Assembly (NCBI RefSeq): GCF_009914755.1
Contig: NC_060945.1
Length of the DNA stretch: 64,000 bases
Direction: 5' to 3' (one strand)
Source: the human T2T-CHM13v2.0 reference genome, Homo sapiens
A model generated the notes under the pieces. It searched no databases. It was given only the letters and a program-made list of their open reading frames with translations, and had not been told where the DNA came from. The translations under genes and the position numbers were made by a program. This document shows positions 26,970 through 41,810 of the stretch, in pieces (position 1 is the stretch's first letter; every line of letters starts with the position of its first letter).

Positions 26970-28917
26970 GTAAACCAGCTAAATTGACACATCACAATAT
27001 AAAGTGCATAGTTTACATTAGGGTTCACTCTTGGTCGTGTCTATTCTGTGGATTAGCACAAATGTATCATGACATTTTCTACCACTAGAGCATCATATAG
27101 AATACTTTTACTAACTAAAAAGTTCTCTGTGCTCTCTCTGCTTATCCCTCACTCTTCCCACTCTGCTCAAGCCCTGGCGATCACTGATATTTTACTGTCT
27201 CCATAGTTTTGCCTTTTCCAGAATGCCATACAATTGGGATTATACAATATGGAGGCTTTTCAGATTGGCTTACTTTAGTTAGTAATATGCATTTAACTGT
27301 CTTCTATGCCTTGTCATGGCTTGATAGCTAATTTATTTTTAGCAGTTAATAATTTCCATTGTCTGGATATACAACAGTTAATCTATCCATTCACCTATTG
27401 AATGACATCTTGGTTGGTTCAAATTGTTAGCAATTTTCAACTCTTTTTGGGTAGAAACTGTAGAGCAGAATTGCTAGATCATACTGAAAGAGCATGTTTA
27501 GTTTTGTAAGAAACTGCAAGACAATATTATGATGTGACTGTACCATTTTGCATTCCTACCAGGAATGAATGAGAGTTCCTCTTGTTCTATATCCTCTCCA
27601 GCATTTGATATAGTCTGTGTTCTGATTTTGGCCATTCTAATATGTGTGTAGTGATATCTCATTTATGTTTTAATTTGCATTTTCCTGTTGACATGTGATT
27701 TGGGGAATCTAGCCGTGTGCTTATTTATCATCTGTATATCTCCTTTGGTGAAGCATCTGTTAAGACTTTTGATCTAATTTTTAATTTTTCTTTTTATTTC
27801 TGAATTTTAAGAGTTCTTTTTATCGTTTGGCTAGTAGTGCCTTGTCAGATATATCTTTTGCAGATATTATCTCCTAGCCCGTGGCTTGTCTTTTTTATTC
27901 TCTTGAAATTGCTTTTGCAGAATGGAAGTTTTTCATTATAGTAATGTCCAGCTTTTTAAAAATGGATAATGTCTTTGTTGCTGTATCTAAAAAGGCATGG
28001 CCATACCCTAGGTAATCTTGGTTTTCTCCTATGTTATCTCCTAGAAACTTTATAGTTTTATACATTAAACAACGTTAATGTCTATAATCTATTTTAACTT
28101 AGTCACTGTGAATAATGTAAGGCACTGTGTCTACAAAAATGTATATTTTTTTGCCTGTGGATGTCCAAATGTCCCAGCACCATTTATTGAGATGATTTTT
28201 TTAACTTTATTGTTTTGATTCCTTTGTCAAAGATCAATTAACTATATTTATGTAGGTTTATTTTGGGTGGATTGATCTATTTGTCTATTCTTTTTCACAA
28301 CCACACTGTATTGATTGCCATAGCTTTATAGTATGCCTTAAAATCAGGTAGTTTCAGTCTTCCTAATTTGTTCTACTCCTTCAATATCAAGTTGGCTATT
28401 CTAGGTCTTTTGCCTCTTCATATTAACTTTAATATCAGTTTGCCAATATCCACAAAATAGCTTCTTAAATTATTACTGGGGGTGGATTGAATCTATACAG
28501 CAAATTGGAAAAACTGACATAGTGACAATCTTGATTTTTCCTATCCATAAATTTGGAATATCTCTCAATTTATTTAGTACTTTAATTTCTTTCATCAGAA
28601 TTTGGTTGTTTTTCTCATAAAAATTATTTTGTTTGATTTATACCTATGTGTTGATTGGAATGCCAATATAAATGTTACCCTTTTTTATTTACAATTTCAT
28701 TTGTTCTTTGCTGGTATATAGGAAAGTGATTTACTTTTGCTTATTAGTTCATGGAGGTTTCTTTGCTGATTCTTCTGTATTTTCTACACTGATGATCATG
28801 TCATGTGTGCGCAAGAGCAATTTTATTTCTTTCTCCCCAATCTGTATATTCTTTATTTTTTTTTGTCTTAATTGCATTAGCTGGGACTTCCAGCTTGATG
28901 TTTAAAAAGAGGTGTGA

Positions 28918-29282
<365 letters not shown>

Positions 29283-29693
29283 TTAAGCTTCGCACCATTA
29301 ATTCTGGTGGTAGTTGTGGGGTTTTTTTTTTAACATATTCTTTATTAAATTGAGTAAGTTTCTCGTTATTCTCAGTTTATTGAGTGTTTTTAGTATGCCT
29401 GGGTGTTGGATTTTGTCAAATGTTTTATGCACGTATATTGATATAATTATGTAACTTTTTTCTCTTTTATGCTGTTGCTATGATGGGTTACACTGATTGT
29501 TTATCAAATGTTAAACCAGTTTATACCATGGATAAATCCTACTCAATCAAGATGTATAACCACTTTTATACATAGTTACATTCAATTTGCTAGTATTGAG
29601 AAATTTTGCATCTATATTTATAAAAGGTATTAGTCTGTAGATTTATTTTAATGTCTTTGTCTGGCTTGGGGATTAGTGTGATGCTGGGTTTAA

Positions 29694-29730
29694 AGAGCAC
29701 CCTTTGTGTATTTTTATTTAGAGCATATCT
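29694..29730 (+). repeat. 37-bp duplicate of 35744-35781 inserted in L1
   Basis: agagcaccctttgtgtatttttatttagagcatatct; differs from the 35744 copy by a single T. Confidence 0.92.
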
Positions 29731-30007
29731 AAATAGAGACATGAGTTACAAAGTTTAAGAATATAAAGAATGAGTTACAAAGTTTTTTCTCCCTTTTATT
29801 CTTGGTTAGCCTGGCTAAAGTTTTGTTGATTTTATTAATCTTTTCAAATAGCCAGGTTTTCTTGTCATTGTCTTTTTTCTATTGATTCCCTGTTTTCAAT
29901 TTTATTAATTTCTAGTCTAATTACTATTATTCATTTTCTGCATCTTACTTGTGATACAATTTTTTCTAGTTTCCTAAGGTGGAAATTTATATTAATAATT
30001 TAGATCT

Positions 30008-30559
30008 TGTGATGGTTAATTATGATTGAAGAATACAAAGTATTTTTTCTGCTTGTGTCTGTGAGGGTGTTGCCAAAAGAAATTAACATTTGAGTCAGTG
30101 GACTGGGAGAGGCAAATCCACCCTCAGTCTGAGTGGGCACCATCTAGCTGAATATTATAGCTGCATTTGGTGCACTTGGTGCAGCTAGAATAAAGCAGGC
30201 TGAAGAAAGTGGAAGGACTTGACTTCCCAAGCCTTCTGGCCTTCATCTTTCTCCCATGCTGGATACTTCCTGCCCTTGAGCATCAGACTCCAAGTTCATC
30301 AGCTTTTGGACTCTTGAAATTACACCAGGGGTTTGCCAGGGGCTCTTGGGCCTTAGCCACCAACTGAAGACTGCACTGTCAGCTTCCTTATTATTGAGGT
30401 TTGGGGACTCTTGCTGGCTTTCTTGCCCCTCAGCATGCAGACGGCCCATTGTGAGACTTCACCTTGTGGTCCTGTGAGTCAATACTCTTTAATACACTCC
30501 CCTTCATATATACATCTATCTTATTAGTTCTGTCCCTCTAGAAAGGCCTGACTAATACA
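30008..30559 (+). mobile_element. MLT2A2-like ERVL solo LTR
   Basis: tgtgatggttaat start, gtgagggtgttgccaaaagaaattaacatttgagtcagtggactggga, ..gactaataca end; flanks gatct/gatat. Confidence 0.9.
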
Positions 30560-31443
30560 GATATTTTCTTCTTTTCTAGTATATATATTCAATGCTATAT
30601 AATTTCCTCTAAGGATTGCTTTCACTGTGTTTCACAAATTTTGATAAGTTGTATTTTTATTTTCACTTAGTTCAAAATGTTTTTTAACTTGTCTTGAGAT
30701 TTCTTCTTTGCCCATATGTTATTTAGAAGTGTGTTTGGAATTTTTCAATTATCTTTCTGTTATTGATTTACAGTTTAATTCCCGTGTTTTCTAAGAGTAG
30801 TCATTGTATGATTTGTAATCTTTTAAATTGTTGAGGTGTGGTTTATAGCCCAGAATGTGGAATATCTTGGTGAATGTTTTGTGTGAGTTTGAGAAGAATG
30901 TGTATTCTTTCACTGTTGGATAAAGTAGTCTATGAATGTTAATTATATCTAGTTGATTAGTAGAATTGCTGAGTTCAACTGTGTTCTTACTGATTTTTAC
31001 CTGCTGGATCTGTTCACTTCTGATAGAGGTATGTTGAAGCCTCCACATATGATAGTGGATTCACCTATTTCTCCTTGAAGTTCTACCAGCTTTTTCCTCA
31101 CGTATTTTGATGCTGTGTTGTTAGGTGCATATGAGTAAGGATTGTTATATCTTATTGGAGAATATACCCTTTTATTATTTGTAATGCCATCCTTTATCCC
31201 TAATAATTTTTTTTGCTTTGAAGTCTGCTGTGTGTGAATTTAATATAACTATTCCTGTTTGTTTTGATTAGTGTTAGTATGGTGTATATTTCTAAAGCTG
31301 TTACCTTTAATTTATATGTGTCTTTATATTTAAAGTGGGTTTCTTTTTAAAACAAATTAAAGTTGGATGATATTTTCCAATTCACTGACAATCTCTGTCT
31401 TTTAACTGGTACATTTAGACCATTGACATTCAGTGACTGTTAG

Positions 31444-31783
<340 letters not shown>

Positions 31784-31989
31784 TTTGTTACTTTTTTCTA
31801 TTTGTTCCTTGTTGTTTGTTCTTATTTTTGTCTTCCACTCTTTTCCTGCTTTTGTTATTTTAATTGAGAATTTAATGTAATTTTATTTTCTCTCCTTTCA
31901 TAGAAAATTATCTATACTTTTTTTTTTACTTTGAAAAATTTCCTCTCCTTTTAAGTTGCCAGTTTGACAGGTCAAGAAGATGGCCGGTT

Positions 31990-32400
31990 ACAGTACTCAC
32001 CTTATTTGAACTTCCAGGAGGTTTTGTCACAGTTGGTCCTCTTTTGTCTTTAAACATTTTCTCCTAATATTTTCCAGAATTTTACAACCCCTTGTCGTTT
32101 GTCTTCCTCCTTCCATTGCTCCATCTCCATATTCTCTGTTTTCTCATCGCTTCTCAAATCTCTGATAATTGCCCAGGTTTTGTGCTTGGACCCCTTTTTT
32201 TCTGCATCAGAACTGTTTCTTGTGGTGTTTCATCTAATTCCACAGCTTCACTTGTCTTCTGTGTGTTAATGACTTCCAAACTGATAACTTCAGGCAACAG
32301 CTCTCCTCTGAATTCTAGTTGTGTATATTGAAATTCCTACTGTATATCTTCACTTAGATGACTAATTAGCTGCTCAAATTTCTCATATTAAAAATAACCG
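31990..32400 (+). mobile_element. L2 fragment
   Basis: cccagg..cttggacccctt..tgacttccaaa..ctctcctctgaattctag..cctactgtatatcttcacttagatg. Confidence 0.7.
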
Positions 32401-32427
32401 GCATTGGTATAGTCTTCATTGTCACCA

Positions 32428-33072
32428 TGTAATTAGAGAGACCAAAATAAACACCTTTATCAATGAAGACAGACTCTGAGGTTAAGGGAAAAAAAAGAAA
32501 AACACCTACAGATTGAGGGTTCAGGCTTTAGCTGGCATAACAACTTCCTAAATTCCTATGGATACAAGAAAAACTACACTCTTCCTAAGTTCTGGAACAA
32601 TAGGAACTATCACTAATTTACAACCCAGACAACCACAACTGATTGAACAGAGGACTGGCCTTACATTCTTTTCTGCTAGGAAACTGCAGATCTCAAGCCT
32701 GTTTCAGCCAGAATATACTGACTGTGTAAATATTATCTCTGTGCCCTATAGTTAACCTTTTGATGTAAAGAGCCAACATCCATCTCATTTTAGTGCTAAA
32801 ACTCCACCCTAAAGTAATATACACATGTGTTTTTCTCCTCTGTTAATTATGTATAGCTTTCTCCAAAACCTACTAATTATGTATGATTCTATTAATATTT
32901 TGTGGCACAGATCCTGTGGTAAAGCATAAAAAGCAACCTGTCTTTTACCTCTTTAAAAAGAGAGCACCTTAGGTCCATGCCAGAGACTGTCTTTTCCTGG
33001 TTTGCAAACTGATATAGCCAGTAAAATTCTCCTTTCTACTATTTAGCCATCCTGGTGATCTTTTGCGTGGCA
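32428..33072 (+). mobile_element. MER39-like ERV1 solo LTR
   Basis: TG..CA termini, flanks acca/ccca; gaccaaaata..tttatcaa..gaggttaagg..gagggttcagg..agctggcat; ends ctcctttctactatttagccatcctggtgatctttt. Confidence 0.7.
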
Positions 33073-34099
33073 CCCACTCTAAAACTACACTTGGTTTTCT
33101 TTTCGGTCCAGGATAACAACTTCATTTTTCCTTCTCAACGTTTTTTCCTTAGCAATGATTACCATTTGGCAAGCAATTTTTTTTTTGTAAGTTTTTTACT
33201 TTGTTTGGTTTCTATTTTCTTCCACTAGAATGAAAATAACATAAAGATATATATTTTTATTATTTTGTCTTTTCAAAGCTCATACTTAGATGGTTCCTAG
33301 CCTAGAATTTAACATTGTTGTTGAACAAGTGATTGAAGTTTAGAATTTCAAAAATGAGAACAAAAATAATAATACAACAGTAATTCAGTTACATGTTATT
33401 CAATATTTTCCTCCCAAAAGAGCAAATGTACTGCTGATTTATTTTAAATCCTCCTTGTTTCCAAGCAACATGATTAGTGTTTGCAAATATCCTATTATAA
33501 AATTTTGATCCATATCTTGTAAGGAAATAAAGTTTATTAGTTATGTAGCTTTTTTGAAAGCTTTCATATGCAACTTTCTTTATTTCCTGGTGTTTGACTA
33601 TATTCCTTTTTTTTCTCTTTGATCAACTATTACATTTTTAAAGCAATATTAAAAACCTCTGTAGTCGTAAAGAATTTTTCTCAAGTTAGAGGTAAGATTT
33701 TCTATGTTGTCAATCAGTGCCAGTCCAAGTTGCTATGAGATATATTTCAAAGCTGATGCAACAGCCTATGTATACACTAACTGAAAAACTCTCATTGTCT
33801 TTTTTTAAATGAAATTTTTCTGTTTAAAATGAACTAATTTTAAACATCCTACCTAGCTACAATTTCAAAGATATATGCTTATTACTCTTACGTGAAAACA
33901 GAAAGCAGAAGCATGCAGAGCAGACAAAACTGTTATCTCTTAAACTGCTTCTTCTTTCTTCTTTTACCTCTTTAAGAAGTGATTTCCCCATGGTTATATA
34001 AAAATGTGAATATCCGAACACAGTAAGATTCATACTTGCAAAAGTGAATCTCTGCATTCAACATCTGTCTCCTTGTAGGCTTTTAAAATAATTATGTAG

Positions 34100-34441
<342 letters not shown>

Positions 34442-34938
34442 AGATTTTCCTGATGGTTGGCTATAGTGCATTAAATTTGTTACTGGCCATTTGCCAGTGA
34501 TTTAGTACAATGTAGAGTTAGAAACCTGTTTATCAATACCTAGTCAATACTAAAAATATGAATTTTATTGCTGTATAACATCTCATAAGTTGAAACTTGG
34601 ACATATACATTATGTTAAAAATGTAAAATGAACAGTAACACTTAAACTTCTATAAACCTATTGGGGAGGTTCAATGCTATATGGACATAAATTAGGATAA
34701 TTCTGTAAAGTAAACATAAAGCAAATTGGACCTATTAGAAGAAGTGGCAAGATATGAATTCAAATATCCTATAAACTGATTGAGTATAATTCTTCTTCTT
34801 CTGGCACTTAAAAGCAAATTTGCATATAGATAGGTATGTTTCTGTAAATTAGCTAATTTTTATTGCAGAATCTCAATTTAAAAGTCAGTTTATTTTTTGC
34901 TCATGCTCCATGTTTCATTATCTGTTGTTAGAATGCCT

Positions 34939-35141
34939 TAAGGTGGTCAAATTTAACAAAATAAATAAATAAATAAAAGGCAACCAGTTCAATTTGAATT
35001 TCAAGTAAACAATGGACATCTTTTTTAGTATAAGTATGTCCCAGGCAATATTTGGAATATACTTTTACTAATGTTGTTTTTGTGGTTGTTTTCTGGAAAT
35101 CAAATGTTACTGGGTATTGTGTATTTTATTTGACAACCATA
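34939..35141. mobile_element. MER53 (palindromic hAT MITE)
   Basis: ccagttcaatttgaatttc..ttagtataagtatgtccca / tttggaatatacttttactaa..actggg..gtattttat..caacc inverted arms. Confidence 0.85.
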
Positions 35142-36232
35142 CCCTTGAGGCATCAAAGTAACTCAGAAAGCAGGTTGGCAATTCAGCCAGCCACAATCCC
35201 AGACATCCCTGGTCACCATATTAGAGGAAAGGGGAGTACGGAGTTTCTGCATCAGAGAGTAATGATTATAGTCCTCAATTTTATCAAATTATTTTTTTCT
35301 ATGCTGTTTGCAGACTAACAATCGAGGAGAGTGTTAATTGTTTTTCCCATCTCTTATTTCACATAAATTAATTCATCCTCTAGGAGTCCTCTATAGGTTT
35401 ATAGCCAGTTTTTAATGTTATCCCCTGGGAAAGTAAACTAAGGAGAATATGCTTCAATATAATTATATTTTATCCTTTATTAAAATGGTGAATATATTTT
35501 CTACTAAGTCAGTATGGTTAACAAATATACAAAGCTACTGATGATATCTATGAGAGGATATGCTAAATTAGCTAAAGGGAACAGTCAAAATAGAATTTTG
35601 CAAAATATTTGTTAAGTTTAAGAACAAAATGAAATATAAAATAGCATAGGTAGACAGCATGACTAATAAAAATACACACTGCTGGAATAATCCAGTAGTA
35701 CTGATTTCTTAAACCATTAGTGAAAACTCTTCTTTAAAAACAGAGAGCACCCTTTTGTGTATTTTTATTTAGAGCATATCTTGTATTACAAAGATTTAGA
35801 TCCATCTGTTGTTCCATATTTCTCTAAAATTTCTAAAGAAATAAAGCTCAATATTGACTATGTGTCGTCAATCTCTCTGTTAAGAAAAAAATCAAATTAT
35901 GAACTCCTATAACAAAAACTGGAACTTAATCATTTACAGTATCTAGATGCTGAAGTAGCAAAGATTAGACAAGAGCAAATTGGGTTAATTTCAATGAATA
36001 TTATTTTGGTTTAATTGGGGAGAATATATGGAGGAATTTTTTTCAATATTCAAAGGTGATCAAATCCAAATATGTTGTTTAGTTTGAGATGTCAAAATAT
36101 TGGAGTGCATGAAGACTACAGACAATAAAAACTTAAATGAAAGGATTAGGAGGCCAAAATTCTGAGAATAATTTAAAGCATATTTGTAATGTGTCTTTCT
36201 CTTGGAAAGTTATTGGTTAATGATTTTATTTG

Positions 36233-36600
36233 CTTTTCCAGTCTCTTTGGTATCTGCCGTGAAAGCAAGATGACAAAGGGAACGCCCTTGTTTGTAGTGT
36301 TGCAATAACACTCGCTCTTGGGCCACCACTGTGGTCTAAGATCTATCACCTGCAGAAGTGACCTGTGGCAAGTGTGGCTACTCTGCCAAGCACAGGAGAA
36401 AGTATAACTGGAGTGCCAAGGCTAAAAGACAAAATACCACTGGGACTGGTTGAATGAGGCAGCTAAAAATTGTGTACAGCAGGTTCAGGCATGGATTCCA
36501 CGAAGAAACAACACCTAAGCCCAAGAGAGCAGCTGCTTGCAGAGTCCAATTCATCTTCAGAATTTCAGTGACTGGAAATGCAACGAATGCTCTAGTTTTA
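36233..36600 (+). pseudogene. RPL37: Processed pseudogene of ribosomal protein L37
   Basis: Pyrimidine-rich 5'UTR, ATG 36270 (MTKG), ..[56 protein letters not shown]; no introns, frameshifts, premature TGA 36451-36453; TSD ttaa(t/a)gattttattt 36217-36231 and 36611-36625. Confidence 0.95.
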
Positions 36601-37669
36601 TATTTTTTTCTTAAAGATTTTATTTTCTTGCTTGTTCATTTTTGCTTGCAGATAGAGAATTTACCTTAATGCTGGGACAGCTTTCCATCTTTGAGTCTAG
36701 AATTTCTATGTGCCTCTTTAGTTTTCGGAGAGAACTAGTCAAATTTGAGGGGTCTCAAGTATTACTAAAGGAGGGTGAGAAAGATTTTACACTTTCTTTT
36801 CTGGTTTAGGATTTGAAGACATCTGTTCTCAGTAATTTTTAGACTATTAATTTTGTTGAAAAAATTAAAGGATGGTTCTGGATATATGCCTCCTTTTATC
36901 TCTGGCTTTAATTATAACATTGCCTCATTATTAACAGTAATTATGTTTTAAGAGTATATTTGAGCTTTACAAACTTGTTAGTATTAAACATTTGTATATC
37001 TATTGAATACTTTAACTCATATATTTAAATTTCTTAGTACCAAATTAAACTTATTATAAAACTAAATAAACTTCTATTTACTGGAAATTGTATTTCTTGT
37101 TTATATTCTCATTACAGTTTATAGGTAGGCACCGCTTATCATTATTACCATTGATAGTATATTGAAACCCTTGTTGTAATTCCAGTTGAGAGAAATCAAG
37201 AAGTTGTACAAAGAAGTTTTACCAAGAGAAGAATTCAACTAGACACACATCCATACATACTTGCATAACCTATGAATAGTGTTAAGACTATATTATTAAA
37301 AGTATTGGTTAATTAATAATTAAGTATACAGAACTTCAAATAAGTACTACTTCTATTATTTGACCTCCATTTTCTGTTCTAGTATTTTTGTTGGAAGCCA
37401 TAAAACAATTTGTATCATGTAAGACTCAGAAAAATAAGAAAATTTGCACAAACTTGGAGAAAATCTAGAGTAATTATACCTTCTTTAAGATAATAGATAA
37501 AATTATTTCAATAAATAAATTTTATCAATTTACTTGACATTTATATTTCTATGGTAAATATTGCAGACTGGCAACAGATGATAACTTCAAATAGTGTTCT
37601 AGAATGTCATTCTAGCTTGCATAGCATAATTTTTTCACAGATGTTCTATAATAGTATTCCAAAATGCTA

Positions 37670-38105
<436 letters not shown>

Positions 38106-38360
38106 AGAAATGGTAAAAGGATGTGGTCTCTATTTTTAGATTAGGAAATCAAAACAGAGAGAGGGGTTAGAAACTTTGCTCAAAAGAGTAACATTACTGA
38201 ATGAGAGAATGATTATTAAAACAGTTGTAGTCTAATGTGCTTTTCAGTTAAATAAATTATTCCTTCTCATGTCTTAGTAAAGGGACAAATCTGTTAATCC
38301 AATTTATATTGCCTCCTAGGCACTTTTTACAGAAACCAGGTAACTGGGTCTTTCATCAAG

Positions 38361-38722
38361 TTCTATGGTCTGAATATTTGTGTCCCTTCAAAATTCCTAT
38401 ATTGAAATCTTGCCCCACAAGGTGATGGTAATAAGAGGCAGGGCCCTGGGGAGATGATTAGGTCATGGGGGCAGGGTCTCATTAATAGGATTAGTGACCT
38501 TAGAAAAGAGGCCTAAGAGAGACCCTGCTCACCCCTTCCACCACATTTGGACAGAGCAAAACGTTGCTGTCTCTAAGGCCGAAAGTGTGCTCTGACCAGA
38601 CACCAGATCAGCTCTTGATATTGAACTTCTCAGTCTCCAGAACTGTGAGAAATAAATTTCAATTGTTTAAAAGCTCTTCAGTTCATGGTATTGTGTTGTA
38701 GCAGCTCAAATAAACTAAAACA
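38361..38722 (+). mobile_element. MLT1A0-like MaLR solo LTR
   Basis: Typical MLT1A sequence; perfect 5-bp TSD tcaag. Confidence 0.9.
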
Positions 38723-39629
38723 TCAAGTAAGCCAAGATTTGCAATTGCAAGCACCCAGCACAGTTTTGGGGATCTGTCTAAATAAAGACAGCAAATCCTC
38801 TCAAAAGTCTTAGTCTTAGCATCCTTAAAGCAATCTTTTAAAATAAAGTCACGAAAAAACTCTCCTGAAGCTTTAGGAATTTATTTGAATCACAGAATGA
38901 TCATGCCATTGTCAAATAGCTCAAAAACAAATACAAGTATTACTTCAAAATAATACTAGTTATATATAATAATTATAAAAAACATACCAGAATTTTATAA
39001 TGTTAAAGAACTTAATCCGAGTACCATTCTTGAACATTTTCACAAGAATAAGAAACATGAAGGCTATGGTCTTTGGAAAAGGTTTGCTATTGAACAAATC
39101 TTTGACACTTGGCAAATTACTAACTTCTTTTTTTTTTTTTTTCTATTTTCTTTAAATGGCACTTTCCAAAAGTACTCTTCAGGGGTATTTGAGTATTAAT
39201 TAATGGATGTATGTAAAGCACCGTCCTAATGCTAAATGTGTCCTCTAATAAAGTAACTGTAAGGTGTATGTAAGGTTTCAGTCTTTTAAAGCACTACTAT
39301 TATTTTGTTTTTTTTGTTCTTGCTAAAGCTTATGTGTATATATGCATATATATTTTTAACATACAAATATATAAAACATTTGTATATAAAACTTTCATCA
39401 AAAAATCCTTCATTTGAGTAGAATATATTTACTGTCAATATGCACACTGCAGTATGCTATATCTTAGGGGTTTCATTCTGAAGAGTCATATTTGCTGGCT
39501 TTTTGGGCTTATGTTCTTGGGGGTGAATATAAACATTGGGGTTCCACAAAGAAGTATAGTATGAGAAAAAAACCTAATTTAGCAAGGTTTGAGTAACAAT
39601 TATAAGGCTCTGAGTAAAATACAAAACAA

Positions 39630-39930
39630 GCTGTTGTTTTGTACCCATTAACTAAAAATCCAATGAAGTAAAAACAAATATGATCTAATGTTCAGTAGCA
39701 CAACAGGGTGACTATAATTAACAATAATTTATTGTATATTTCAAAATAACTAGAAGAGTAAAATTGGAATGTTTCTAACACAATTAAATAATAAATACTT
39801 GAGGTTATGAAAATCCCAATTACCTTGATTTGATTACTACACACTATATGCTTGTATCAAAAACATTACAGGTACCCCATCGATATGTAAAACTATAATG
39901 TATCCATAACAAAATTTTTAATGAAAAAAT
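39630..39930 (+). mobile_element. 5'-truncated L1MA 3' end with short 5' inversion
   Basis: tagcacaacagggtgactata..atttattgtatatttcaaaataactagaagag..gtacccc; flanked by aaaatacaaa repeats. Confidence 0.85.
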
Positions 39931-40328
39931 ACAAAGAACAATGGGGAGAGGAGAACAAATAGAAGATAGTGGTCTTCAAATTTTTTTTGAATGCACATCC
40001 CACCGTTAAAAAATTTTAAGTACTCCTCCACAGTACATAAACATTTGTCTACTTACACTAGTAATTGAATAAGTATACAAACTGTAAGCATATGTTATCA
40101 AAATATACCAGATAAAATTAAAAACAATGAAATAAGAGTGAAGTAAACATTTTTTAATTCATCAGTGGAGCAGCTCTTTCTGCTCCCACTGACAATATTA
40201 CTATAAAACTATCATATGGAAGAAGATTGTCCTCTGCCAGGCTAACAAATATTACGGTATGCAGTTTCTATCTCATACTGCAAACTTGCATGACAAAATC
40301 AGCTTTTTCTTTCTTGTTTTCTTGATTT

Positions 40329-40369
40329 TGTGTGTGTATGTGGTGTGTGTGTGTGTGTGTGTGTGTGTG
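40329..40369. repeat. (TG)n microsatellite
   Basis: Direct reading. Confidence 0.95.
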
Positions 40370-41294
40370 CTTTTTTTGTTTTGGTCACTCTGTTATTTTT
40401 GCAAACAAATTAGAGAGTGTTGCATTTTTATCTGTTAAATTACACATTTGAATCACACTGAAACTCATTTGGAAAACGGTTGGACAGATTTGAATCTATG
40501 ATGTTTCTTTATATAAAGTATCATTCACTAAAGTTCTGAATGTGATGTGAGACCTTAAGTCAGTAAATAAATTTGGAACACTTTTATTAAATATATCAAA
40601 GACTACTACAATGTTAAACAACATTGCACCTTGCAATCTAAATAAATGCATACAATCTTCTATCACAATCTTAGGTATGGCAATATAACTAAAAGAAAAC
40701 CACCGTTTATTGAAGTGTGCAACAATGTAGAAAAACAAATTTATTGTTTTTATTACACAAAATCCAACTACAAGATTCATTTTTCTTTTATGGCTAGGTT
40801 AATTAAATAAGGTGTGTTTCAATTTGGGGAATAGAGCTTTGTTGTGGACTGAGACCTCGTTCAAGTGGAAAGACAGTAACTGTCACTATACTTAGTTCTA
40901 ATTTCAAAGCTACTCATAATGCAGAAAATAGGTGAAAAAAATTCAATCAAGAAAGTTGAGTAATATTTTAGAAAAAGTAGCATAAAAACCTAAAATCATT
41001 ATATTAATAAACATCTAAATATTTGATAACTTTGTCATTTTTGCCTCTGTATTTAATTTTTTTTATTTTGAGCATGCTTACATTTATTCTGAGATCTTCT
41101 CTTACTTTAGAAACCCATTTCTTTTGATGAAGAGAAAAAATAAAGAAACTGTATTTCACTATTTGTTTAGTGGCTACATCTACCATTACATTTAGGAAAA
41201 TAAAGTGTCAAGTCATAGCTGTGTCATCATAAATATATTGGCTTAAGATATGTTTTAAAAATCACTATGTGAATTGTAATTTTAGTATAATATG

Positions 41295-41810
<516 letters not shown>

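Noticed and set aside
32941-33975. 16-bp match tcttttacctctttaa at 32941 and 33960, and the similarity of 32952-32970 to the 35744 donor
   Set aside because: Short and low complexity; expected by chance in AT-rich DNA
36454-36669. 71-aa ORF starting [15 protein letters not shown]
   Set aside because: C-terminal remnant of the RPL37 pseudogene after a premature stop, running on through a frameshift into flanking DNA
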